64,000 bases of DNA from assembly GCA_012295275.1 (NCBI GenBank), contig CM022679.1, positions 14,632,001 through 14,696,000 on the forward strand, read 5' to 3'. This stretch comes from Chrysomallon squamiferum. Lineage: Eukaryota > Animalia > Mollusca. Shown one piece after another: positions 1 to 13,231 of the stretch (position 1 is its first letter; every line of letters begins with the position of its first letter). A program made the translations under genes and the position numbers. Under the pieces are notes generated by a model that searched no databases, was not told the origin of the DNA, and was given only the letters and a program-made list of their open reading frames with translations.

Positions 1-1626
1 CATTTGATAGTCCAAAGCAAAATCTATCTTTATGTGGTATCAGCTGATATGATCTGTGTATTTCGGTTTAGATTTTAAATTGCAAAAACATAATTTGGTT
101 CGCGTTAACACACACACACGAAAATAAAATTACTACATGACAGATTGCAGATTGGTAAAGAAATGGAAAAACGTCATAACCAATTAGATCTGACATGTGT
201 CTACAGAGCACTTTGGGAATAATTTACATTCACTAGGCAAATTTATATTCCACTTTATCATCTGAAAGCTGTAAAAGAGATATGCACGTGGAAATAGCTA
301 AAAACATAAATAATTTATTGCCTAGATGATCGAGAATACCTCTATAGCGTCATTTATCTACGTTATCCGCACAACACATGAAGTATGTAAAGATATTTTA
401 CTATATGAAGACTTATTATCTGAAAGAAATTGTCTTATCAATAGTACTGACTGGGTGGTAATTTTGAAAATAAAGAAATATTTACAGCTGTTAATGGGAA
501 TCGTGATTTTAAATTTTCCTAATACCATTTTCAATTCTTCTGGAAGTATTTGTAGGTGTGTTGTGAACTTAATAATGCATTCACATGACGCTATGAATTG
601 CTAAATACTAAGACCACCAAAGTATTTGTTGTTGTTATAGTCTTCTTCGTCTTCTTTTCTTCCAGTGGGTTACTCTAGATTATAGGCTTCTAACATCTGG
701 AAGCGGAGCCAGAAATATTCCACATACGAATAACTTGGCATAAAAACGAAACAGCTTAATAATCGATGGAGCCATCCTAATGGCGTAACAAGAACCCAAA
801 TAAAGTCATGATTGCAGCCAAATCGTAATGATTGGCCTTTCTGATATTATCATAGTGTAATTCGTCTACATTGCTGTGTTAAATTATTTTAATGTTTCTA
901 AAATCGGGAAAATGGTTCGAATAGCGTTTCATACACAGACATCAAAACAAAATGCGTGTTTTGGCGATCATTCATTTACGCTTACATATTGTTCGCTGAC
1001 AAACATTTTTCACTGAAAACATATATAGATACAATAATGTAATTCATTTTGAATAGATCAGTCAGTTAAGTATTGTACTGAATTACTCAGACTTAGAAGA
1101 GAATGATCCAGAAGAAGAAGAAAAGAAAAATAATTCGAGGAAGAAACAACTATAAAAAGAAATCAGTTAATAGTAGGTAGACAGAATTCAGTTATGTTCC
1201 ATTATTTCTCTCAAGTATACACACGCTATCTCTCTCACTGTCTTTCTCTTTATCTCAAGTACATACACACAAACACAGAATATCATTTTTAAAATTAATT
1301 TTTTTTTAAATTATTTTATTACTCTTTTATCAGTTACGCTGACAACGATATCAGCTTCCTGTGTTCATGTGCTTCATCTCCCTGCGAGAATATCAATATA
1401 AAAAAGTTTTTCGATTTACTTTTAACGAATACCAATTTTCTTAAATCAATTTTCCAATTTTTTAATTTTTTTTAAATTTAATAAATAAATAAAACATTAA
1501 ATGATAACGATATGGAGTAGGGAAGAGGGGAGAATAAAACAGAGATAAGACCTAAAATGCAAATAAGCTCACTGCTGTCATCATTTCAAGCAATATAGAG
1601 AACACCAAATGAACACAATATTGATT

Positions 1627-1657
<31 letters not shown>

Positions 1658-1996
1658 GGCAATTCCCTTAGGACAAATGTGATCATTTTTCGTCTCTTGC
1701 GAATTCTGAATCAAGATGGTTTACAGAGCCAGGAAGATTGTGTCATGATGGACAAAAAACACGCAAAACAATTAAACCGTCTCCATACAGCGTTCTTCAG
1801 ATAAAACCTGATTTAAAAAGATTACAGCGCCCTAGACTAAACATTTTAGTAGGCAACAGATGATCAAGGTATTTTTAACAAAGTATTGAAATGGGAGAAC
1901 ACAGGATCAGATATTGTTAATATAGAATATAAATGTTCAGGGGAAATTATTAAACCAATCTCATTATATTAAAATGTTTTTCGATGATAAATGCGT

Positions 1997-2260
<264 letters not shown>

Positions 2261-2659
2261 TTTATACCACAAAAAAAGTTATATAGTCCAGTTTCATAGC
2301 ATTATCAATAATTATCTAACATCAGTAATAAAATAGTCATAAACAAAAATGTCGAATATAATAAAAAATAAACATTATATTGGAAACAACATTATCAACA
2401 ATTAACCAGTTTCGAAATCAAAACTAAAATGTCTTTTCTGTTTGTCTGTTTGTTTGTTTGTTCTGGGGGTTTCTTTCGGCGACAGATGCGACGTATAAAA
2501 TCATCAGGAAAATTAAATTTAATTGAGAAGGTAATTTCTGATAATAAAATTATATGACTGACTATACATTTTAAAAACTTATTAATGAGTCTTACGAATC
2601 AGCCTTGATTAAATAGATTTAAAACACATAAGTAAATTATAATGAAAATTTCTACTTAC

Positions 2660-2744
2660 CATGAGACACGTGGCCAAAGCCACACAAACACGTGTAACGT
2701 CTCATTTAGGTTTCTTCATCTCTTAACACAGGACCAAGAAAAAA
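2660..2744 (-). other. Candidate exon of an unidentified minus-strand gene
   Basis: tttatttgccag acceptor and strong ATG|gtaagt donor. A possible upstream first exon ends at 4139 (GAA|gtaagg) in a CpG-rich patch. No protein family recognised. Confidence 0.35.
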
Positions 2745-2886
2745 CTGGCAAATAAAAATTATATAATTTCATTATTTATTTCTTCTTTTTTTTTCTGTCC
2801 TTTTTGATATCACTGAAAATATGAAAATGTAATTTCGTTTATGTGTATGGATATGTACGTATATATATATAATTTTGTTTTTGTTT

Positions 2887-3066
2887 TTTAGGCAGGGCAC
2901 GAGCCTGGATTCGGCTAGCTCTCATGCAAAAAACCCTCGCAGGTTACTTCAAACTGCTCATAGAGAAAAAAAGAGTATCTGCTAAGGTACGGTTATTTAT
3001 TTATTTATTTATTTTATTTATTTATTTATTTATTTATTATTATCGTTATCATCCGTTTTTTGGTTG

Positions 3067-3075
<9 letters not shown>
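2887..3075 (+). pseudogene. Orphan degenerate copy of RUFY exon 4 plus flanking intron start
   Basis: 2887-2998 is nearly identical to 22353-22463 ([26 protein letters not shown]), with a few substitutions and one extra A in the A-run. It includes the donor (gtacgg vs gtacag) and similar TTA-rich downstream intron sequence. Confidence 0.85.
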
Positions 3076-3113
<38 letters not shown>

Positions 3114-3390
3114 TTATAATAAATAAAACAACAAAAATAGAATTCTTTTATTATATGGTTTGGCTACGACAATAACATTCTGAGGATAAAAATACATTAA
3201 TATATTGGAATGAGATTAAATTAATTTCAAAATAATTAAATGAACGTACAAACTCCAGTGTTATGGACGTTATATAATTCGTTGTTTTTATTATTTAGAT
3301 TTAAAAAATGTTAAGCACAGTGGTCGATACCAGCTTACGTTAGGCTTTTCTTTTTCCTCTGCTTTTTTTTTTCTTTCATTCATTTTTTTT

Positions 3391-3457
<67 letters not shown>

Positions 3458-3939
3458 TTGAAGTGCTTAATCATAATAGATCGAGTTAGTTTTAAATAAG
3501 CTTGATCACGTAAAAAGAAAATTTTGGAATGTTTCGAAACCAAGGAGGCAGCTAGTATCAGCATCTGACAGTTAAACAAGATAATATTTAAGCACATTTT
3601 AAACAATAGGTATTGATAAATGAATTAAAGATATCGATTTGCATTAAAATTGCAACAAAGTCGAATTTAATCGTCACTTTCTTGCATCACTTTTTTGTAC
3701 CTAGCTCTTGTTTCCGATAAAACAGAAACCAAACAAGTAACGATAATCATTTGGAAACCGAACATCTAAAATCATCAAAGGTTCTTTTCATATTAATATA
3801 GATTTATAAGTTTGGAAATGGAAATAATATATATTTTATAAAAAATATATAAACATTTATACATACACAGTAATAAAACTTCGTCCGACTGCATTTTTGA
3901 CTTGTCGTTTGACTTCTACATGAGGACGAGTACTAGTAG

Positions 3940-4260
3940 AAATGACGTCATAAGCCTGTATATAAAAATTATGATTTATTATTTACCACATTTACAATTC
4001 TGATTAGCCATAAATTAAAATTTAGTAATAATAATAATAAAGGAGTTAGGTTCATACCAAAAAGTGAGAGTAAAATTTTATGTTTTTTAACGCGAATTTT
4101 TTAAAGTAGGTTTTAGAAAAGGTCGGCAGGTGCCTTACTTCCTCACGTATGACATAAACTAGACTGCGCGTTTAACTGATACCGCGTACGTCTCTGGCTA
4201 CTTCGTACTCGGAGACCCGTCATAACCAACTTCCGTGTGGCAAAATGGACGCGAAAGAGA
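3940..4260. promoter_or_regulatory. CpG-rich promoter-like patch
   Basis: Palindromic CRE TGACGTCA at 3943-3950, ETS-like ACTTCCG (~4229-4235), YY1-like CAAAATGG (~4241-4248), and many CpGs relative to the AT-rich flanks. Confidence 0.4.
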
Positions 4261-4868
4261 CTATTTACCACACTAAACAATGCTAATTACACAAATATTT
4301 ATTTGTTGATAATTCAATTTTACCTCCAACATTAATGTCTATGTTAAGTGAGCCATTTTATTATGTGAATTGGGAGTAATTTAAAAAAGAAACCAAAGTA
4401 CACATGTTCAGTCTGTTATTCCCCCCTGTTATTGTTAATTACTTCAAATTTATAATTTATTATTTACAGAACAAAAAATTAAAATTTAATTACGAGAAAA
4501 ATAAACAAAAGCCACAGCTGTTTTCTATACTCCAGTTTTAGAATTCCACTGGACTTTGAATTTGGGAACAATACTTAATCGCATATAAATGTAAGTATAA
4601 GTCCATTTAATACTGAAATGCTGATGATAAAAACTATTTCAGATTTATAATTACCACATTTAATATAAAGTAATATTTATTTATAAATTTACACATTTAA
4701 GACAAAGTAAGACCAATTGTTGTATAAATTTGTTTTATTAATACATTCTGTTCTTAGTAAAAAAAAAATAATACAAAATGTTTTTTCAAAATTATAAAAC
4801 AACATATGTAATAATATTAACAAAATAGAAATTATAAATAATCATACATTTTAATACATTCTTTTTAA

Positions 4869-4905
<37 letters not shown>

Positions 4906-5465
4906 AAAAAATAATAATAATAATAATAAATCTATTCTAGTTGACTATAAAGTTTTATCCAAGCTTTCGACCAATTTTCAAATCAATTAAGCTGTAAATA
5001 AATAAAAAAGAAAAAAAAAAGAATGACTTTGTTCAGTTTGCTTTATCTGAAACAAAATTAGTCTTACAACATAACATATTTGTTTATTAAATAATTATGA
5101 AAATAAAATGTTTTACAAAGAAAACCTTTTGAGAATCAAAAGATGCAGAAACTTTATTTTCCATTTTCTGATTTCTTTTTCCCAATGTCAACAGTCATGT
5201 TTTGTTTGAGATTTGGAGTTTTATGAATTTTTGCTTATTTTTCCCTTATTGTTTCTTATTTATACGTTGTACAAAGAATTCCCAGGCTTTCATCTAATTA
5301 TTTTATTTTCATTTTTACTGTTTTTTTACACAAATAATTGGAATAAAGAAAGTATCCCTAACAAATAGTCAAGGATCAAACAATGTTCTCAGTTTAAAAC
5401 TGATCTTTTTTAACTGATCATCTTTGGTTTTTGCACTGGTTTGTTTTGTTACAATTTAGTTAATA

Positions 5466-8400
5466 TCATCTGGAAAAATCAATTTCTTTTTTGTAAGCTG
5501 TTAGTGTATTCTTCAAAAGCATTGCCACAGTACAAGGCCCAACACCTCCAGGAACTGGTGTTATGAGTCCTGCTTTTTCAGACACAGCTGAAAAAATAAA
5601 AACACAAATAAACAAAAATATAATTATATAGAAAAATATCGGCATAAATTCATTTTAAACTGACTGTATCTATCCAGTGTTATAACAAAAATAATATGAT
5701 TTGCATATACTTCATGTCAGAATTCAACAGGATATATATTTTCTAAAACTGAAAATTATTTTACTTTATTTTACTTTATTTTATTTTGTTTTATTTTATT
5801 TAACTTTATTATTATTTTTTCATAGTGATGTTTCAGTGGAAAAATAAAAATAAAAAATAAATAAAAATCTAAGTATAAAAAAGTTTAAAAAAAACAAACC
5901 CAGAAACAAAGCGAAATAGCTTTCAACTGTAGAAGCTGGTGTTTTTTGATACCTGCTTTTTATTTAATAGTTTATGAATATTACCAACAACAAAAGTATT
6001 ATAAATAATAATATAAGAATTACTAATAGCCATAGGCATACTATTCATACTATTAAACTACACAGCAACGATTTAAATTATAACTATACATGACATCTTC
6101 CAAACACTGACTATACAGTATGCTCATCAAACCTGTACAAAATATAGTTAATAAATATAATTATGCTATTTGTGGTTACAAAATTCTGATATCTATGGAA
6201 AATGTGTGTTATTATTTGGAAACAACTTCTTGGAAATGGCAATAACATGAATGTTATATTGCTTTTTTTGGTGTTTTGCTTCTGCACATGGCTACTGAAA
6301 ACACTGCTACTTAAAAAATGTAATTTAAATGTCTAAGTCTCTAGAGATTTGTTGTGAAGTGACATTCAGATAAATTAAATTCTGTTCTGTACAAAAATCA
6401 TGTGTTGGTTTTCATATGTCAGTTACTGAATGCTAATACTGACTGTGAAATAATGCAGATCACCTGATTTTTATTTTGAATTATTTTACCTACTAAAAGC
6501 CTGAGCTTCTTTCTATTATGCATATATCCTGAATACAAACTACCAGACGTGTAATCATAAACACTGAGAAATACTAAATACACCACATCCAATAATTATT
6601 TAAAATCTAGAATATAAAATTTATTTCTTAACATATATTAATGGTAACAACATAATTTTACAACGTAAAACATACAAACATTAATTTTAGATATAATGGA
6701 TTAATAAAACACACACACACAATAAATAAATATGTATAAAACAATTATATATATATATATTTTTTAATAAGTACCTTTAAAATCAACATCACCAACTAGC
6801 TTTGTTTTGCCTGTTTTTTCATTTGTAACACGTGTGATACCTATATCAATAACAGTGGCACCTTCCTTGATCATGTCTGCAGTAATGAGATGTGGTATAC
6901 CGGCAGCAGTAATCACAATGTCAGCTTGTCGTGTGAACACTGACAGCTGTTCAGGTGGGGTGTAACGGTGACAGATAGTTGTGGTGGCATTCCCTCCTGT
7001 AATATAAAAAGTTATAGGTCTCAGGATCAAACCTTCTCAGTGCTCTTGTTGGACTACTTTGTTTCCAACTGTTTCCCACAACTGATTTGTCATTCTTCAT
7101 CACTGGTTTATCAAAGTCTTTGTGTTTTCTTGTGAAATGAATTTAAAAGATCTCTTTTTACTAAATGATAGGAGTAATGTTTGTAAATATCATTATACAA
7201 GGCATATGTGGGTAGATATATAATAAGCTTTAATATTAAAATTTGTTAAGATATAAAATACTCATTTATTCAAACAGTGATGACACAGATGAAATTAGAG
7301 ATTAAATTAAAACAACAGAGCATTTTTTCATATGAAAATAGTTTTAATTACATTTATATTTAAGTTGCAAGAATGAATATCTGTTTGATGAAACATCAGC
7401 ATACTTTATTATTGATGGCTAAATTTTTTTTATAAAATAATAAAGTGAGGAAGGAAATCCACATTGTCACCTTCCCTTGTACAAAAAATGCATGTACGAT
7501 GGCCTTTCATAATCCAGTTATGGGATGTATGATTGAAAAGAGCACCAAAGGTTATTTTTTTTTTTTTTAAAAAGCTGATCTTTAAAATTAATAAAGTGAA
7601 TACAAGTGAAATATTTTGATATATATAGAAACATATACATGTAATAAGCAAAATTACTCAGACATCGCTTTATTAAAGATTCTGCAAAATGCTTGAACTG
7701 AAGAGACAATTAATTTTTTTTAAATCACTGAAATATATAAAAAATAAAAAATATATAACTCTAAAATATATTCTAAAGATAAGAAAAAAAGAGGAGAAAA
7801 CCCAACAAAAACCCCACAGCTACAACAAAAACTCCTTATCTCTGATTTCCAAAAGTCAATCATTTGATAAAGCATAGAATAAAATCCATTATACTGTTTT
7901 AGTTGACAATGAGAAAAACCAGAAGCATGAAGATAATACTCAATTTACATAACAACCAAAATGACAATGTAGCTCTATGTTTATGGCAGATATCAGAGGA
8001 GATACTAGAATCAAACCTCTTTAATGTGCTTGTATCACTTTTTCCCATTCCAGATAGTTCTCCCTTGACTGAAAGGGGTTATAAAAAACTGATTAATGCG
8101 ACATTTTCAGAGCTTAAAATGAATACTTTATTTATTAAAATATCATCAATAAAATGTATGAACAATTTTCTGCCAAATAATGCAATTTATTTATTTGTTT
8201 TGGTAACTATAATTTATAAGACTAATATGGTTTCAGTTAACAAAAGTGCATTCCTTATTACTTTAATACGCCACATATAGCACATACTAAGCTTCCAATA
8301 AATCACAAAGTTACTTTTTGACATAAACCAAATCTCTGGCTTTACAGCATCCTGATTTTAGCTTTTAAGGTCAAACAACTGAATAATCTGTTTTGTAAAA

Positions 8401-9147
8401 AAATCCATTTGCCTTACAGCCATTTGGCCGCCTAATAGGACAGAAAAATTAAGTCTGTCTGATTATTTTAACTGAATCAGAAAGAAGGGAATAAATCAGC
8501 TGCTGACAATGGATTTCCTGTCCCATTAATCTTACAGTCTGTTTTATCCTAATTGGATAAAGACTGAAAAAATAACAAAATTCCTTTTTAACAAATCTAG
8601 AGCAGTCATAAAACCTTTTAGGAAAATGTTTTTAGAAACTGTTGTTCTGACCTCTTTTTTTTTTAAATTTTATATATTATATATATTTTATATTTCAAAA
8701 GTGATTTCCCATCTGAAACCTAATACCAGTAATATATAAATAAATAAGAAACAATTCTGTTCAGTATGTATATCTGTTAAGTAATCAGTATGATTCTATG
8801 TTTTATGTCCATATTATATTTGAATATAATATTTATGTGCTAACATGTGAATGTGATTCAGTACAACACACATTGTATTTCTAGAATTACAAATTAATCA
8901 ATTACATTCATTCTTATCACATATGAAACATACAGGCTGCTCTTACCAATTATATAAGAGATCCTTTACATGTCGCTTTTCTTACAAGAAAATAACCATA
9001 ATCTTTGATGCATGAGTCATGAAGCAATGGCTGGAATTGGAAATAGTCTAAATAAGGAGGACAGATCCTACAATTGTAACTCTTCAGTCTAAGTGTATGT
9101 CTCTTATGATTATATCTGCATGAGTAGAACTTAAATATGCATTTGCA

Positions 9148-9196
<49 letters not shown>

Positions 9197-11543
9197 CTGT
9201 TTTTGGTGTGTATTTCAGAACTGAAAATTGAATCAGTATGATAAATGATAAACAAACTTACCAACAAAGGATCCTTTCTTGTCATCAGAATGCAGGTAAA
9301 GAGCTATAGGAAGACCAACATGTTTAGATCTTCCTACCACAACAGCATTCTTTCCAAATGTTTCAATTCCTATAATTTCCACAAATACTTTAAGTATATT
9401 AATTTTAGTTATACAATTTGTAATGATAAATTCTGGCATGTCTAAGAAAAATAATCATTTCAGTGGGCTATAAAATTCAATTTAGAAGTAATAAATCTAT
9501 AGTAACTTATTCTGATCTAATTATTAAGGATTGTTTATCTGCTTATGTATGTGATTCATTGCTGACAAAATGGCAAGAGAAATCAGTACATTTAGACAAA
9601 TTTTCATTTGTATTTTAATATACTTGGTATTGTTTAAATTTTCATAGAAACTGTTAAATGTATTCAGTTTTGAATAATAATCTATATCAGAGATGAAGTG
9701 TATTTATCACCTAATTTATCCATTTATTATCAGTATGCATTACAAAAAGTAACAATTTACATAAAAATTAATGACAAAAAATTTAATTATTAAAATCATT
9801 TCTTAATTCTTTTTCTATGTTATTTTTCTATTATTCTCTTTTATCTGCACTTAAATAACAAAAATTGATGTCATCTGACTAATCAGAATGATTTCAAAAT
9901 TAATAATACTTGAATTGCAAATTATAAATTAAAACATAATAAAAAATGACTGTAGAAAAATAATTTAAAAAACAAAACAAACCAAAGAAACATTAAATAT
10001 TATGGAATTGATGTATTAGTATTGAAAGTAAAATAACTGATAAATGATCAATATTTTGCATGAAAATAATAACTCAGCCTTTAGGGATTTTTTCATCTCT
10101 TCCAATCTCGTTTTTGCAGATGTGACATTTCTTAAAGATTTTACCAACATTGTCACCTGTTTATGATCAGTTTTAACATTTTTATTTTTACATTTTTTAT
10201 TTCTGTTATTTTTTTCTTTTATTGTCTTTTAAATAATATTAACATTCTGGAATCTGTGTAATATTCAGTATCACTATGTTATTATATAACAAAATGTATT
10301 TACCTGATCGCTTAATGATTTCTAGGACACCAGCAGGTGTAGCTGGAAAATATGATGCCATGCTTGCACACAAACGACCGATGTTGATAACACCAAAGCC
10401 ATCCACATCTTTATGTGGAGCTACAGCGTCACATACTGTTCTTTTTTCAATGTGATCAGGCAGAGGGAGTTGAACTATGATCCCATCAACAGTGGCCATC
10501 TTGTTTAAATGTTTTATTTCTGTCAATAAGTCATCCTGTGTAATAGTTGCAGGTGGGCGAATGATGTCACAAGTAATTCCTTTAAATAAATAAATTTGCT
10601 TCACATTAAGTTTATAATTGGTATCATGTCTGTTTAAACAAGATTGCAACTTTAAGTGAAACCTGTTCAGGTGGTGAAACAATATATTATGTTTTGAAAA
10701 TTTATTAGATTTCCATTATAAGAGCAGCACATAATTTTGGTGCAGTGTAATAACAGCAAATATAAATAATTTAAATTTTAATATTGCATCTTTACCCTAT
10801 GATCTTTGGTTTTTGCATTTTAAATTAGTATGTTTTACATTCTCTTTGTTCAGTAAACATATATAAAATGCAAATCTATTGTTTAAAATTTAAATTGATA
10901 TAAGATATTTTTCAGCAAATTCTTTTTGGAAATATGTCAATGATAAAGATTCACCATCCTTGATCTTTATTACATACCAGTTTCATCTGCAGCTTTCTTT
11001 TTGTTGTTCACATAGACTATGCTAGCAGAATCATTTCCAACCATCACAACAGTAACATGTGGTGGTCTCTTTCCATTTGCAATAATCTCATCTACCTCTC
11101 TTTTAACCTCCTGTTTTATAGAACTGGCAATAACATTACCATCTACTACTCGAGCACAAAAACAACTGAAAATTAAATTTTAAATAATTATTTATAACTT
11201 TAGTTTAATCATGATAAAATGCACTGTCATCTTCATATATAATTTAATTACTTCATTTCTTAATTATTTACATTATTGCAATTGTATTTAAGAAAAGAAT
11301 AAAAATAGAAGCGTCTAAATATTATGTAAGTTCTTAAATATATTTTAATTTTATGTCACACATAATAATGATAATAACAATAATAATAACTGTATCACTG
11401 AAATAATATTACCAATAAAAGTTGAGTTTAATAGAATCAATATAGAGAGTCTAAAACAATATTAATGGAAATTTATCTACTGAAACTCTCTATAAAGACT
11501 GAGTATACAATGGATACCTTTTTATTTAATAGATATTGATATA

Positions 11544-11574
<31 letters not shown>

Positions 11575-12032
11575 CATCTACTATCCTTAATAATTTCTTA
11601 TCTAAGCACATTTAGTATTATTTCATTAGTTAAGACAAAACTGTTACCATAGAATATTATTATAATTTGTTCTGAAGTACTGAGACAAAGATTCTGAACT
11701 GTACTAGTAAAAAATATAATTCAGTATTAAGAACATTACAGAAACTCATTATATGAATATATTAATATGAACACTGAATGTGATAGCCCTTTATTTATAA
11801 AGACATTAAAATATTAATAATAATAATAATAATAATGAAGGTAAAAAAGGAAGAAAGAAGAGAAATCTACAATGTGTTAGTTGTCTGTTTTTAATCATTA
11901 GATTTATCAATCAACAAAATATACAGTTTGCAGTATGCTTTATAGTGGTGCTTCAGTTTAATATATGTGTAATAAATAATCTGTATTTTAGTTTATTAGC
12001 ATATATTTATTAGGATTTTTTAATTATGTATT

Positions 12033-12117
<85 letters not shown>

Positions 12118-12919
12118 ACAGATAAATACCTATAGTGGAATATGCATCAGTAGTCTGAGTGCTGGCCTGATATGAGATAAATATAAAATTCATGACAAGT
12201 GCTTTTCTGCTCATATAAAAAATCCTTTACTGTGATAATAATTAAAAAAAAATGATGAATAACAATATAGTTATCTGCTTATAATAACAACAATATATAA
12301 ATAAATAAATAATCTTTTGTTAATCATAATGTAAAATATGTCAAATAATACTATACCAGTAAACCAGTATTTATTTTATTCAATAATTTAGAAAAAACAT
12401 TGTGCTAACACAGAGATTTATGGTTACATTATAAACTGATTTTCTGAACCAGTCAGTACTTTAGAAATAAATATAAACTGTTATGAACATTTTATGAGTC
12501 CTATTCTTATTTTCAAATATAACACAAAGGTTACCTCTGTTATTTCTGGGCTTTTTTTGTTTTGTTTTTTTATTATTGCTTTTTTGGGGCGTGTTGTTGT
12601 TGTTTTTGTTTTTTTAGGAATGCAAAATAAGAAGAAAAAATGTTTTATGGCAATCTATATAAAGATAATAATAATAATAAATATTTATTGTCAACTCAGT
12701 TCTTTATATGATATGGCAATGCTTAAAATGGGAAGACTTTCGCTTCATTATTATCATACATGGCAACATAAGGCCTACTGTCAAAAGAAATAATAATGTC
12801 AAATTAATTATGTGTTTACAAATATTTGGAATCTAATACCTGGAAAATAGGTGAAATGATCTTTTCTGAAGAAAATATCTCATTCGCGAAAAGGTCATTA
12901 AATGAGCCAGTCGTCGCAT
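5466..12919 (-). CDS. MTHFD2: Bifunctional methylenetetrahydrofolate dehydrogenase/cyclohydrolase, mitochondrial (MTHFD2/FolD-like), 6 coding exons, ~331 aa
   Basis: Exons (minus): 12840-12919 ([26 protein letters not shown], Arg-rich mitochondrial presequence-like), 10978-11165 ([40 protein letters not shown]), 10304-10579 ([28 protein letters not shown]), 9262-9369 ([18 protein letters not shown]), 6775-6996 ([35 protein letters not shown]), 5466-5587 ([20 protein letters not shown]..stop). All introns GT-AG, phases consistent, total 996 nt. Confidence 0.95.
12035..12115. repeat. (CT)n microsatellite in MTHFD2 intron 1
   Basis: Directly visible. Confidence 0.95.
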
Positions 12920-13231
12920 TTCTGCTCACGTTCTTCACCCAACTTCCACTCAAACAAACCGGCAACGGGCAGACGACGCTTCTATAGTGAATCAAATTTA
13001 TCGTCTAAATGCTGCAGTAAAATTTTACTGTCGTGATAAACATATTTGCTTAAGATTTTAGAACTTAAACGTCACTTATTATGTTATTTCAAATTAAATT
13101 TGATCATCTTGTTAGTAGCAATAGTTATAACATAAAGGTTAAACGTCTCGTCTATATATATTTGATTGGTTTTCGGTTTGTACTATTACTATGAGAAGTG
13201 CGTAACTCAAAACTAAGAAACCAGTTTCAAA
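12920..13231. promoter_or_regulatory. Bidirectional promoter region between MTHFD2 and RUFY
   Basis: Divergent start codons separated by only 312 bp. Locally CpG-richer. ATTGG (CCAAT) near 13164-13168, and YY1-like CAAAATGGC overlapping the RUFY ATG. Confidence 0.65.

Noticed and set aside
326-604. 92-aa plus-strand ORF
   Set aside because: AT-rich low-information translation with no recognisable motif or splice context.
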